Below, in pieces: positions 39,334 through 48,431 of a stretch of 63,704 nt of DNA. The notes beneath the pieces are model-generated. The model did no database searches and was not told the DNA's origin. It was given only the letters and a program-made list of their open reading frames with translations. Position numbers and translations under genes: made by a program. Position 1 is the first letter of the stretch, and every line of letters begins with the position of its first letter. Origin of the DNA: Gammaproteobacteria bacterium (GTDB lineage Bacteria; Pseudomonadota; Gammaproteobacteria; UBA1113); the NCBI GenBank assembly GCA_021156165.1, contig JAJNBM010000003.1:67817-131520 (forward strand), written 5' to 3'.

Positions 39334-39571
39334 TTTTGCACCTTTCTATTAAAAATAAAATTTATTTTAAAAAAAGCCTTATAAGAAGTCAACATCGGAT
39401 TCAGTTAACAGCGCCCCAAGTTCAGCTGCCATTCTAAATAAAAATGGACATAAAAGCGTTATTATATTATCATAGTACGTAATATAACGTTATTATTAAC
39501 TTTTCCAATACCACCTTTGGGCTATAAAAATGCCAAATAAAAGAGCCTATTGATCACTCTTACAAATAGCT

Positions 39572-39622
39572 GCGTAGGCTCATGTGGTTCTCATTAGGGC
39601 AGGCCAAGAGCCTGCCCTTAAC
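39572..39622. repeat. Degenerate REP copy upstream of mutS
   Basis: GCGTAGGCTCATGTGGTTCTCATTAGGGCAGGCCAAGAGCCTGCCCTTAACC. The second hairpin is intact; the first has decayed. Confidence 0.5.
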
Positions 39623-39716
39623 CTCTTATAAATAGTTCATTTATTACACGGATCGTCTCAAAACGCTAAATATGCTATCTTATGCCCCATATTCTGATGA
39701 GTAGAGGCAGCGTAAC

Positions 39717-42149
39717 ATGAGCGATAACCATACCCCGATGATGCAACAATATTTGAGCATTAAAGAACAATATAAAGACGTTTTGTTGTTCTACCGCATG
39801 GGCGATTTTTACGAAATGTTTTTTGACGATGCCATAGAGGCAGCTAAGTTACTCAATATTACCTTGACGCAACGCGGCCAATCCGCCGGAAAATCCATTC
39901 CTATGGCGGGTGTGCCCTTCCACGCGGTAGACAATTATTTAGCTAAGCTCGTGCGTTTAGGCCGCAGTGTGGCCATCTGCGAACAAATTGGCGATCCGAG
40001 TAGCGCTAAAGGCCCTATGCAACGGGAAGTCACGCGCATCATCACTCCTGGCACACTAACCGAAGAAGCCTTACTTAACGCCAATGACGATAATATCTTG
40101 CTGGCCTTGCATCACGAAAAAGGTCGTTTTGGCTTAGCTTATTTAGAATTAAGCCGCGGCCAATTTGAAATCAGCGAATTAGATAGCCTAGAGACCGTAC
40201 AAGCTGAATTGGCGCGCTTGCGTCCCGCAGAAATATTAGTCAATGGTGAAATGCCTGTGCCGCAATATCTGAGAGAATTTCATGTCAATAAGCGGCCACC
40301 CTGGGATTTTAATTTAAGCAGCGCCCAAAAAGTGTTGCTGCAACAATTTAAAGTGCAAACATTAAAGGCCTTTGATTGTGACCATTTACCGGCAGCAGTC
40401 ATTGCCGCTGGGGCTTTACTACGCTACGCCTTGCAGACCCAATGCAGCACCTTAGCGCATTTACAATCTTTAAAGGTCGTTTCTAACAAGGACACCGTTA
40501 TCATGGACGCGCATAGTCGCCGTAATCTGGAAATTAGCGTAAGCCTCCACGACAAAGCATCCCATACCCTACGCGCTATATTGGATAAAACCAAAACGCC
40601 TATGGGCAGCCGTTTACTCAACCGCTGGCTAAACCAACCTTTACGTCAGCGCGATATATTAGAACAACGCCTACAAGCAATACAAACTTTGCTGCCTATA
40701 CACAATGCGATTAGAGGATTATTAGATCCCATAGGCGATGTAGAACGTATATTAACGCGAATTTCTTTGCACAGTGCTAGACCACGCGATCTATTAAAAT
40801 TAAAAGAAACCCTATTGGCTTTGCCTGCATTAAAAAACAGTTTAAGGACAAGTGACAGCGAATTATTGAATGCAATCAAAAACAATATAGAATTATTCCC
40901 TGAATTAAGCCAAACCCTTTCTAAAGCCATTACCACCGAACCGGCAGCCTTGATACGAGACGGCGGGGTCATCGCTGAAGGGTACGATGCCCTCTTAGAT
41001 GAATTACGACAACTCAGCACTCACGCCGATTCTTTTTTAATTAAACTAGAAGAAGAAGAAAAACAAAAAACGGGCTTAAGTTCTCTTAAAGTAGGATTTA
41101 ATAAAGTGCATGGCTTTTTCATTGAGATAAGCCGCGTACAAGCAGAACAAGCGCCGCAGCATTATATGCGTAGGCAAACGCTTAAAAATGCCGAGCGCTT
41201 TATCACGCCAGAGCTAAAATCATTTGAAGACAAAGTGTTAAGCGCAGAAGCAAAAGCGCTAACTCATGAGAAAGAATTGTATGAAGCTTTACTAGACACT
41301 ATTAGCGAGCAATTATTACCCTTGCAAAATTTAGCGGATGCCTTAGCGCAATTGGACGTATTAGCCAACCTGGCCGAACGCGCCTACAGCTTAGAATTAG
41401 TACGACCACTATTAAGTGATGAACCCGGCATACTCATCAAACAAGGCCGCCATTTAGTGGTGGAAGCCTATTTAGAAGAACCTTTTATTGCCAACGATAC
41501 CAAACTCATACCGCAAAACCGCATGCAGATCATCACCGGCCCTAATATGGGCGGTAAATCTACTTATATGCGTCAAGTGGCCATCATTGTATTATTAGCG
41601 CAGATCGGTAGTTTTGTGCCCGCACAACAAGCGCATGTAGGGTTAGTCGATCGCATTTTTACCCGCATAGGCGCATCCGATAATCTTACTGAAAAACAAT
41701 CTACCTTTATGTTGGAAATGGTAGAAACCTCCACTATCTTAAGACAAGCAACGGCGCAAAGTTTAGTGCTAATGGACGAAATCGGTCGGGGCACGAGCAC
41801 CTTCGATGGTTTATCACTCGCTTATGCTTGTGCGGAATATTTAGCAACATATAACCAAAGTTTAACCTTATTTGCCACTCATTTTTTTGAATTAACGCAC
41901 TTAAGTGATAATTTAGATTGCGCCATTAATTTACACGTTAGTGCCAGCGATAAAGATGGCTCTATCGTCTTTTTGCATCGTATTGAAGCCGGTCCGGCTA
42001 ATAAAAGTTATGGTCTGCATGTAGCACAACGAGCGGGCATCCCCGATATCGTTATTAACAAGGCTTATAAAAAACTACAACAATTGGAATTGTCCAATTT
42101 AAAAAAAGACATACATGCTATTTTTAAAAATAGTGAGGCTGTGCAATGA
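39717..42149 (+). CDS. mutS: DNA mismatch repair protein MutS
   Basis: [20 protein letters not shown] mismatch-binding motif, Walker [26 protein letters not shown]. Confidence 0.96.
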   Translation: MSDNHTPMMQQYLSIKEQYKDVLLFYRMGDFYEMFFDDAIEAAKLLNITLTQRGQSAGKSIPMAGVPFHAVDNYLAKLVRLGRSVAICEQIGDPSSAKGPMQREVTRIITPGTLTEEALLNANDDNILLALHHEKGRFGLAYLELSRGQFEISELDSLETVQAELARLRPAEILVNGEMPVPQYLREFHVNKRPPWDFNLSSAQKVLLQQFKVQTLKAFDCDHLPAAVIAAGALLRYALQTQCSTLAHLQSLKVVSNKDTVIMDAHSRRNLEISVSLHDKASHTLRAILDKTKTPMGSRLLNRWLNQPLRQRDILEQRLQAIQTLLPIHNAIRGLLDPIGDVERILTRISLHSARPRDLLKLKETLLALPALKNSLRTSDSELLNAIKNNIELFPELSQTLSKAITTEPAALIRDGGVIAEGYDALLDELRQLSTHADSFLIKLEEEEKQKTGLSSLKVGFNKVHGFFIEISRVQAEQAPQHYMRRQTLKNAERFITPELKSFEDKVLSAEAKALTHEKELYEALLDTISEQLLPLQNLADALAQLDVLANLAERAYSLELVRPLLSDEPGILIKQGRHLVVEAYLEEPFIANDTKLIPQNRMQIITGPNMGGKSTYMRQVAIIVLLAQIGSFVPAQQAHVGLVDRIFTRIGASDNLTEKQSTFMLEMVETSTILRQATAQSLVLMDEIGRGTSTFDGLSLAYACAEYLATYNQSLTLFATHFFELTHLSDNLDCAINLHVSASDKDGSIVFLHRIEAGPANKSYGLHVAQRAGIPDIVINKAYKKLQQLELSNLKKDIHAIFKNSEAVQ

Positions 42150-42955
42150 ATGATGCCCTTGCAGCCCCAGGCAGTGATTTATATTACAGCTGGCTATTTT
42201 TAGATGAAGCTAAAAAAGATGCAGTTATTAAATTATATACCTTTTGCGATACTTTATCACAAATGCTCGCTCTGAAAGAAAACGATATTTTTTTAGTTAA
42301 ATGGGCATGGTGGCAGCAAGAAATAGCGCAGATGCTTCTGCAAAAAGCAACGCATCCAGCCGCTAGAGCGCTGCAAAGCGTGATTGCGCAGTATAAATTA
42401 CCGCCTGCCTTGCTACAAGATTATTTAGATGGCATAAAACTCACACGTGAACTTAATCATTGCTGTACCGAGGAAGACTTTAATGCTTATAGCTATAGAA
42501 CTCGAGGTATCAAGCAGAGCTTAGCAGCGTATATTTATGGTTTTAGAGATCCGACTGTATTGCATTATATCCGTGCTATGGCTGTAGCCTTAAGCTTGAT
42601 GGATGAAATATTGCACATAGGCCGTAACATTAAAAAAGATCGTGTGTTTTTACCTTTAACAGTATTGCCTACCTGGCAAAATGTTTCTAATAAAGAAATT
42701 CATGCCATTTTAAACTCGCAGGTTCAAAAAGCATTGGCAGACTATAAAGCCGCATTGCTGTTACTGCCCGCTGCTGAGCACTATACACAACACCCGTCCT
42801 TAATTGAGGCGAAGCTTAAGTCTCAACAACTACTGTTGAATGAAAAAGATTTTTCTGCTTTATTACATAGCTATAGCAAATTAACACCGCTTAGAAAATA
42901 TTTGACCGCATGGCGGTTTAAGAGAAAGTTAAGCCGCTACGATTATTATAAATAA
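42146..42955 (+). CDS. Squalene/phytoene-synthase-fold family protein with degenerate Asp-rich motifs
   Basis: [26 protein letters not shown] resembles the SQS_PSY N-terminal signature. The positions of both DxxxD motifs read DTLSQ and LHIGRN. ATGA overlap with mutS. Confidence 0.55.
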   Translation: MNDALAAPGSDLYYSWLFLDEAKKDAVIKLYTFCDTLSQMLALKENDIFLVKWAWWQQEIAQMLLQKATHPAARALQSVIAQYKLPPALLQDYLDGIKLTRELNHCCTEEDFNAYSYRTRGIKQSLAAYIYGFRDPTVLHYIRAMAVALSLMDEILHIGRNIKKDRVFLPLTVLPTWQNVSNKEIHAILNSQVQKALADYKAALLLLPAAEHYTQHPSLIEAKLKSQQLLLNEKDFSALLHSYSKLTPLRKYLTAWRFKRKLSRYDYYK

Positions 42956-43007
42956 TATTGTCCGTAAGTATTGAAATAGTATATTAGATAAGGTTCCTAT
43001 ACTTTTC

Positions 43008-44021
43008 TCAACTTTTTTTACATATGTAATTTTTTTCTTTTTCTATTTGTTCATCCACAGTTTCTTCTTCCATTCGCTCATCATCAATAGCATTATCTAC
43101 ATGTATAGCAGCCTTATCAATCACCTTAAAAAATCTAGCACGTCCCCCAGCAACATAATCTCCAATATGAGCGATAAGCTCTATTGGCAATGTCGATAAT
43201 CTGCTTCCCTGATCTTTGAAGCTTTCGCCCATAGTAATGAGCTGTTCATCTTCTCTTGCTATAAAATTATCTAACCACTCGTCATCCTTTCCATCACGTT
43301 TTTTCAAAATAAAAGTTCTAAAAGCTTCATTTTCTGCATCTTTTATATTATCATCAGCGCCATGTACGTAGATTAATACCCACGCCATGCTGGCCAATAC
43401 GTCATCTTTATCTGAATTTGAGTTTGAATTTCTATTATTAAGCTCTGAATAATTTTGAGATCTATAGGTACAGTGTTGGCTCGATAGAAATTTTGTTAAA
43501 TGCAAAGGTGTGTTACCCTGAGCATCTTTTATATTTACATCTGCCCCCAAAGCGGACAAAATGAATAAAATTTTCTTGCCTAACTCCTTATTATCTATCC
43601 AGGGATAATTTAGAGCCTCGCGAAAAGCAATACGCTCATCTTTCCCTGCTGCTTTATGCATAATCATCTGGTGTTGGAAATAAAAGTAATTTTCTCGATA
43701 TGCTTGAACATCAAAAAGATAATAGTTAAATGCTTTAGAATATTTGATAGCAAAATGGATAGGCGCATCACCATCGCTATTTTTTTGATTTATCAATTTA
43801 GTTGTTGCAGAAATACCCCATGTGTCTATGTAAAACAGAATAATACTGGGCATATCATAAAGAATCGACAAATGCAGTATATTATTGCCTCTTGCATCCG
43901 TCGAAAGATTATTGGACCATACACCATCTATTACTTGCCTATAATTTTTTTCTTTAAAAGCCGCTATAATACTTTCTGAAATTTCTTTTGTTATCATATT
44001 TATTACCTTCAAATGATACAT
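43008..44021 (-). CDS. Ankyrin-repeat protein with C-terminal F-box-like motif (eukaryotic-like, probable secreted effector)
   Basis: ANK-like units GNNILHLSILYDMPSIILFYI, DGDAPIHFAIKY, GADVNIKDAQGNTPLHL, HGADDNIKD. F-box-like LSTLPIELIAHIGDYV (about 43202-43152). Glu-rich tail ERMEEETVDEQIEKEK. An alternative start ATG at 43997 has a better SD. Confidence 0.7.
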   Translation of the reverse strand: MYHLKVINMITKEISESIIAAFKEKNYRQVIDGVWSNNLSTDARGNNILHLSILYDMPSIILFYIDTWGISATTKLINQKNSDGDAPIHFAIKYSKAFNYYLFDVQAYRENYFYFQHQMIMHKAAGKDERIAFREALNYPWIDNKELGKKILFILSALGADVNIKDAQGNTPLHLTKFLSSQHCTYRSQNYSELNNRNSNSNSDKDDVLASMAWVLIYVHGADDNIKDAENEAFRTFILKKRDGKDDEWLDNFIAREDEQLITMGESFKDQGSRLSTLPIELIAHIGDYVAGGRARFFKVIDKAAIHVDNAIDDERMEEETVDEQIEKEKNYICKKS

Positions 44022-44170
44022 TTATATTAAAATTTAATGCCATTGTATAAAGATTACCAGAAAATGTCAAGTCAATATTAATCGCTACATTTTAGCAATA
44101 AAACGTTTTATAGGCTTTTATATAGAGTATTTTGTAGCATAACGCCTGCCCCCCATCTACAAGCAAATCC

Positions 44171-45325
44171 TTATGAACGAACTACAATAGAAGCGTTCAA
44201 CAGCGCAAAGATAGTCTTCGCCGCCGTCTCACTCGCATTGCAACGCAATTGATAGTGAATACGCTGATACGCATCTTTTAAAGCAGCGCTTTTTTGCGGA
44301 TCTTTAAAATAGCTTAGTAAAGCTTCTGCCAACACTTCCGGTTTAGCTTCTTCTTGCAAAATTTCAGGCACTAAGGGTTTATCCGCCAGTAAATTGGGTA
44401 GGCCTATATACTGGACGTGGATTATCTTGCACGCTATCCAAAAGCTAATAGGCGACGCGAGATAAGCGATTACCATCGGCTTTTTATACAATAAAGTCTC
44501 TAAAGTAACCGTGCCGGATTTAACTAACACCACATCGGCTGCAGCTAATACGGAATGTGAATCACCTACTTGCAGCACCACCGGAAAATTGGCCAGTAGA
44601 TCTTCGCAGGTTGCTAAAAATTGTTGCTTTAAATTCTCGTTAGGTAAAGCCACTATAAATTGCAAAGCAGAATCTTGGGCGTAACACAGTTGTGCTGTTT
44701 CTAAAAAAGGTCGCGCCATATATTTAATTTCAGCGCTGCGACTACCGGGGAATAAGGCGATTATCTTTGCTCCGCTCTCTATATTTAAACTACGCCGTGC
44801 TTCATTTACGTCTATATCGAATCCAATCTCATCGGCCAAAGGGTGGCCTACAAATTGCACCTTCATCGCATTCTTTTGATAAAACTGTGCTTCAAAAGGA
44901 AATAAGGTTAATAACAAATCTACAGCGCGTTTGATGCGATGAATGCGCCCAGAGCGCCACGCCCAGACGCTAGGGCTAACATAATGTACTGTTGTTATAG
45001 ATTTCTTTTTAAGCCGCTCTTCCAAGTATAAATTAAAATCGGGGGCGTCAATGCCTATAAAAATGTCTATCTTTTCTTGAATAAATTGGGATAACAAATA
45101 ACGTCGGGCGGATAATAGCTTGGGTAAGTGTTTGATGACTTCTATAAAACCCATATGCGATAAGGCTGAAAATGAATACTGACTTTTAAACCCTACTTTG
45201 GTCATGCGCGGACCACCCACGCCTGTAAAGCGAATATCTGATCGAGTGGCCAACATGGCCTGCATGAGACTAGCACCAAGGATATCAGCAGAGGGTTCTA
45301 AAGCCATAATCCCTATCGTTAGCAT
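44171..45325 (-). CDS. lpxB: Lipid-A-disaccharide synthase
   Basis: 384 aa, N-terminal EPSADILGASL; conserved position after lpxA. Confidence 0.88.
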   Translation of the reverse strand: MLTIGIMALEPSADILGASLMQAMLATRSDIRFTGVGGPRMTKVGFKSQYSFSALSHMGFIEVIKHLPKLLSARRYLLSQFIQEKIDIFIGIDAPDFNLYLEERLKKKSITTVHYVSPSVWAWRSGRIHRIKRAVDLLLTLFPFEAQFYQKNAMKVQFVGHPLADEIGFDIDVNEARRSLNIESGAKIIALFPGSRSAEIKYMARPFLETAQLCYAQDSALQFIVALPNENLKQQFLATCEDLLANFPVVLQVGDSHSVLAAADVVLVKSGTVTLETLLYKKPMVIAYLASPISFWIACKIIHVQYIGLPNLLADKPLVPEILQEEAKPEVLAEALLSYFKDPQKSAALKDAYQRIHYQLRCNASETAAKTIFALLNASIVVRS

Positions 45326-45348
45326 ATTAGAACCTCGTAATTTTGTTT

Positions 45349-45371
45349 GGGGCAGGCCAAGGATCTGCCCC
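45349..45371. repeat. Single-hairpin REP unit between lpxA and lpxB
   Basis: GGGGCAGGCC-AAGGAT-CTGCCCC. Confidence 0.5.
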
Positions 45372-45384
45372 TATACCATTCGTC

Positions 45385-46158
45385 TCAACGGGCAATACCA
45401 CGTGTTGAGGGGTTTTCTAAAGCATGCAACATAAGGGCAATCTCAGGATGGGTCTTCACCATTTCTTTCAGCTTTTCTATCACTTCGACTATTTTTAAGC
45501 CTTGACGGAAAACAATCTTATAGGCCGCTTTGATCGTGGCAATTTGTTCTTCCGTAAAACCACGGCGTTTGATACCCAGTGAATTAATACCAAAGGGCTC
45601 AGCAGGATCGCCCGAAACTAAAACATAAGGTAATACATCTTGACCTACCATGCCTGCATGCGCCACAAAACTGTGTTCGCCTACAATGACAAACTGGTGT
45701 ACAGCGCAAAACCCGCTCAATATAGCGTAATCTCGCACGATCACATGCCCTGCTAAGGTAGCATTATTGGCAAAAATCGTGTGATCGCCTACGATGCAAT
45801 CGTGGGCAATATGGGCATAAGACATTAACAAGTTATGATTGCCTATACGGGTTACATAACCACCCTGTTCAGTGCCGCGATTAATGGTGACAAATTCACG
45901 TATGGAATTGCCATCGCCGATCTCTAAACGGGTTTTACCCCCCTCATATTTTTTGTCTTGGGGATCACCGCCAATGGAGGCATAAGGATGAATATGATTA
46001 TTTTGGCCAAGTGTCGTTGGCCCTTCAATGCACACATGGGGACCTATAATAGTTCCTGCGCCGATTTCAACCTCGGCACCCACATAAGTCCAGGGACCTA
46101 CGGTTACGCTGCTATCGACTTTAGCCGTTTCATGAATGATTGCACTTGGATGTATCAC
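45385..46158 (-). CDS. lpxA: Acyl-ACP--UDP-N-acetylglucosamine O-acyltransferase
   Basis: MIHPSAIIH.., hexapeptide repeats; 257 aa. Confidence 0.93.
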   Translation of the reverse strand: MIHPSAIIHETAKVDSSVTVGPWTYVGAEVEIGAGTIIGPHVCIEGPTTLGQNNHIHPYASIGGDPQDKKYEGGKTRLEIGDGNSIREFVTINRGTEQGGYVTRIGNHNLLMSYAHIAHDCIVGDHTIFANNATLAGHVIVRDYAILSGFCAVHQFVIVGEHSFVAHAGMVGQDVLPYVLVSGDPAEPFGINSLGIKRRGFTEEQIATIKAAYKIVFRQGLKIVEVIEKLKEMVKTHPEIALMLHALENPSTRGIAR

Positions 46159-46619
46159 GTTTTTTGTACCCTAGATCTAATACTCATAATTTCTGCGCTG
46201 CAGGCTTCCTCACCCTCCACACTGGCTACGGCATTTACCTTTAGCACATCCCGTTTTATTTTAGTAATAGTGACTTCTAATCGCAATTGATCACCCGGAA
46301 TAACCACACGGCGAAAACGCGCATTATCAATGCCCGCAAATAAATAAAGTTCTTCACTGGAAACATCATTGCCATTGGTTAAGAATGCCAATATACAACC
46401 CGCTTGTGCCAAAGCTTCAATAATCAATACCCCCGGCATGACAGGATTACCTGGAAAATGTCCAGCGAAAAAAGGTTCATTGAATGTGACATTCTTAATA
46501 GCCACTAAACGCTTTCCTACTTCATATTCCAATACCCTATCTACCAACATAAAAGGAAAACGGTGGGGCAGATAATTTAATATATCTGTTACTTTCAATA
46601 ATTCACTCATGCAACTCAT
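46155..46619 (-). CDS. fabZ: 3-hydroxyacyl-ACP dehydratase FabZ
   Basis: [33 protein letters not shown]. Confidence 0.95.
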   Translation of the reverse strand: MSCMSELLKVTDILNYLPHRFPFMLVDRVLEYEVGKRLVAIKNVTFNEPFFAGHFPGNPVMPGVLIIEALAQAGCILAFLTNGNDVSSEELYLFAGIDNARFRRVVIPGDQLRLEVTITKIKRDVLKVNAVASVEGEEACSAEIMSIRSRVQKT

Positions 46620-47643
46620 CCTTCTTTTCTAATTGGGTAACTCGTTTGGCTAGTTCATTTAAGTGTTTGAATTGTATCACATTTCTCGCCCAAGATTCAC
46701 GGGATTCGATCGGAAGCCCTGAAGCATAAATGCCTGGCTCTAAAATAGATTTAGAGACGCCACTCATTCCCAAAATAACGACGCCATCTGTTATTTCTAA
46801 ATGACCCGCAATACCTACCAAGCCCGCAATACGACAATGACGACCTATAGTGGTACTGCCCGCAACCGCGGTGCAACCCGCAATCGCTGTGCCTTGCCCA
46901 ATTTTAACATTATGCCCAATCTGAATTTGGTTATCCAGTTTAACGCCATTGTGTATGATGGTATCCCCCAATGCGCCGCGATCCACCGTGGTATTGGCAC
47001 CAATTTCGACGTCATCGCCTATGAGCACACGCCCTAGTTGTTCTATTTTAATCCATTGTCCTTTCTCAGGCGCAAAACCAAAACCATCCGCACCCAGCAC
47101 TACGCCGCTGTGCAGAACAGCACGTTTACCCACCGCTATATGATGGTATAGGGTTACTCTGGCATGCAAATAACTGTCGTTATCTATACTACTGTGCGCG
47201 CCGATAATGCAACCAGGACCTACAACTACGTTGTCGCCTATGACCACGCCCTCTTCCACTACCACTCCCGCAGCTATATAAGCGCTTTCGGCAATTTTTG
47301 CACTTTTATCTATCACCGCGCTGGGGTGTATTCCGCTAGCACAAGCGGTTCTATAAGCAAATAAATGACTTAATTTTGCATAAGCAAGGTAGGGATCAGC
47401 ATATATCAATACAGCAGTATTATCTGCGACACAGCTCGCAGTCTCTGCAGGGGTAATGACTGCCGCCGCTTGGGTTGTTGCCAAATACTTTTTATATTTA
47501 CTATGACTAATGAAACTTAATTGCTCTGCCGTGGCGGTTTCTAGAGGTGCAAGACCGGTAATACGCCGATCTTGCCAACGATTATCCACCTCACAGCCAA
47601 TAAAGCTGGCAATCTCTGCCAAGCAGTAAGACTTTAGGCTCAT
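46603..47643 (-). CDS. lpxD: UDP-3-O-acylglucosamine N-acyltransferase
   Basis: 346 aa with hexapeptide repeats; conserved position. Confidence 0.92.
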   Translation of the reverse strand: MSLKSYCLAEIASFIGCEVDNRWQDRRITGLAPLETATAEQLSFISHSKYKKYLATTQAAAVITPAETASCVADNTAVLIYADPYLAYAKLSHLFAYRTACASGIHPSAVIDKSAKIAESAYIAAGVVVEEGVVIGDNVVVGPGCIIGAHSSIDNDSYLHARVTLYHHIAVGKRAVLHSGVVLGADGFGFAPEKGQWIKIEQLGRVLIGDDVEIGANTTVDRGALGDTIIHNGVKLDNQIQIGHNVKIGQGTAIAGCTAVAGSTTIGRHCRIAGLVGIAGHLEITDGVVILGMSGVSKSILEPGIYASGLPIESRESWARNVIQFKHLNELAKRVTQLEKKDELHE

Positions 47644-47650
47644 GCTACAA

Positions 47651-48223
47651 CTAAGAAGCTGTTTTCATTTGTGCGATCACCGCTTGGGTAATATCCACAC
47701 GTGCACTGTGATAAGCCACATTCTCACGTTGGAAAATAAGATCCAAGTTCTGCTGTTGAGCCACTTTTGCTACTACAGCATCCACCCGTTTTAATACTTT
47801 AGACATGGCTTCATTTTGTGCTGTTTTAGCATCTTGGAAATAATCTTGTTGCATACGTGCTAAATCGCGCTGTTCACGACTTATTTTGTCACTCAATGCA
47901 CTTTTATCCGCCGCGCTCATTACTGAAGCGTTACGAGACATTTTGTCGCTATCTGCTTTTAAACTCGCCTGCAAAGCCGTCATTTTATCCATTCTAGGTT
48001 TAAACTGTGCTTCTAATTGTTTTTTCAAAGCTTGCATTTGTGGATCGGCTTTTAAAACCTGGCCTAATTCAATCACACCAATTTTAGGGGAAGCGGTTAC
48101 CGCCGCTGCTACAGGCGCTGTGTTTGCCGGGGCAGCCGCTGCGGTATTTGCAGCAAAAGTGGTAGTGGCTAAGCCCATGGCCAATGCACCCATCATCGCT
48201 AAGGTTAATTTTTTCATATTCAA
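47651..48223 (-). CDS. skp: Periplasmic chaperone Skp (OmpH family)
   Basis: Signal peptide, coiled-coil OmpH-type sequence; located between bamA and lpxD. Confidence 0.85.
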   Translation of the reverse strand: MNMKKLTLAMMGALAMGLATTTFAANTAAAAPANTAPVAAAVTASPKIGVIELGQVLKADPQMQALKKQLEAQFKPRMDKMTALQASLKADSDKMSRNASVMSAADKSALSDKISREQRDLARMQQDYFQDAKTAQNEAMSKVLKRVDAVVAKVAQQQNLDLIFQRENVAYHSARVDITQAVIAQMKTAS

Positions 48224-48342
48224 TCGTCTCCTGGTTAATATATAAACATTACTTCATTAAAAATTCTATTTTTTCATCGCGACACGAGAATTTGCTTGTT
48301 AAATTTACCATGTTTTTAAGGGCATAGTCAAACCAATGGTTT

Positions 48343-48399
48343 TTAGAGGCAGGCCCGTGCCGCCCTATACGGGCGGCCACAGGGGGTGTTGCCCCTACG
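48343..48399. repeat. Double-hairpin REP (diverged) between bamA and skp
   Basis: TTAGAGGCAGGCCCGTGCCGCCC-tatac-GGGCGGCCACAGGGGGTGTTGCCCCTACG. Confidence 0.7.
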
Positions 48400-48431
48400 A
48401 CAGAACAGCACTTCGCTTTCCAAATGTTCCC

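Noticed and set aside
43008-43022. C-terminal CKKS of the ankyrin/F-box protein as a CaaX prenylation box (as in Legionella AnkB)
   Set aside because: Cys is at position -4, but the two following residues are Lys-Lys rather than aliphatic. This is a poor farnesyl/geranylgeranyl-transferase substrate, so I note it only as a weak possibility.
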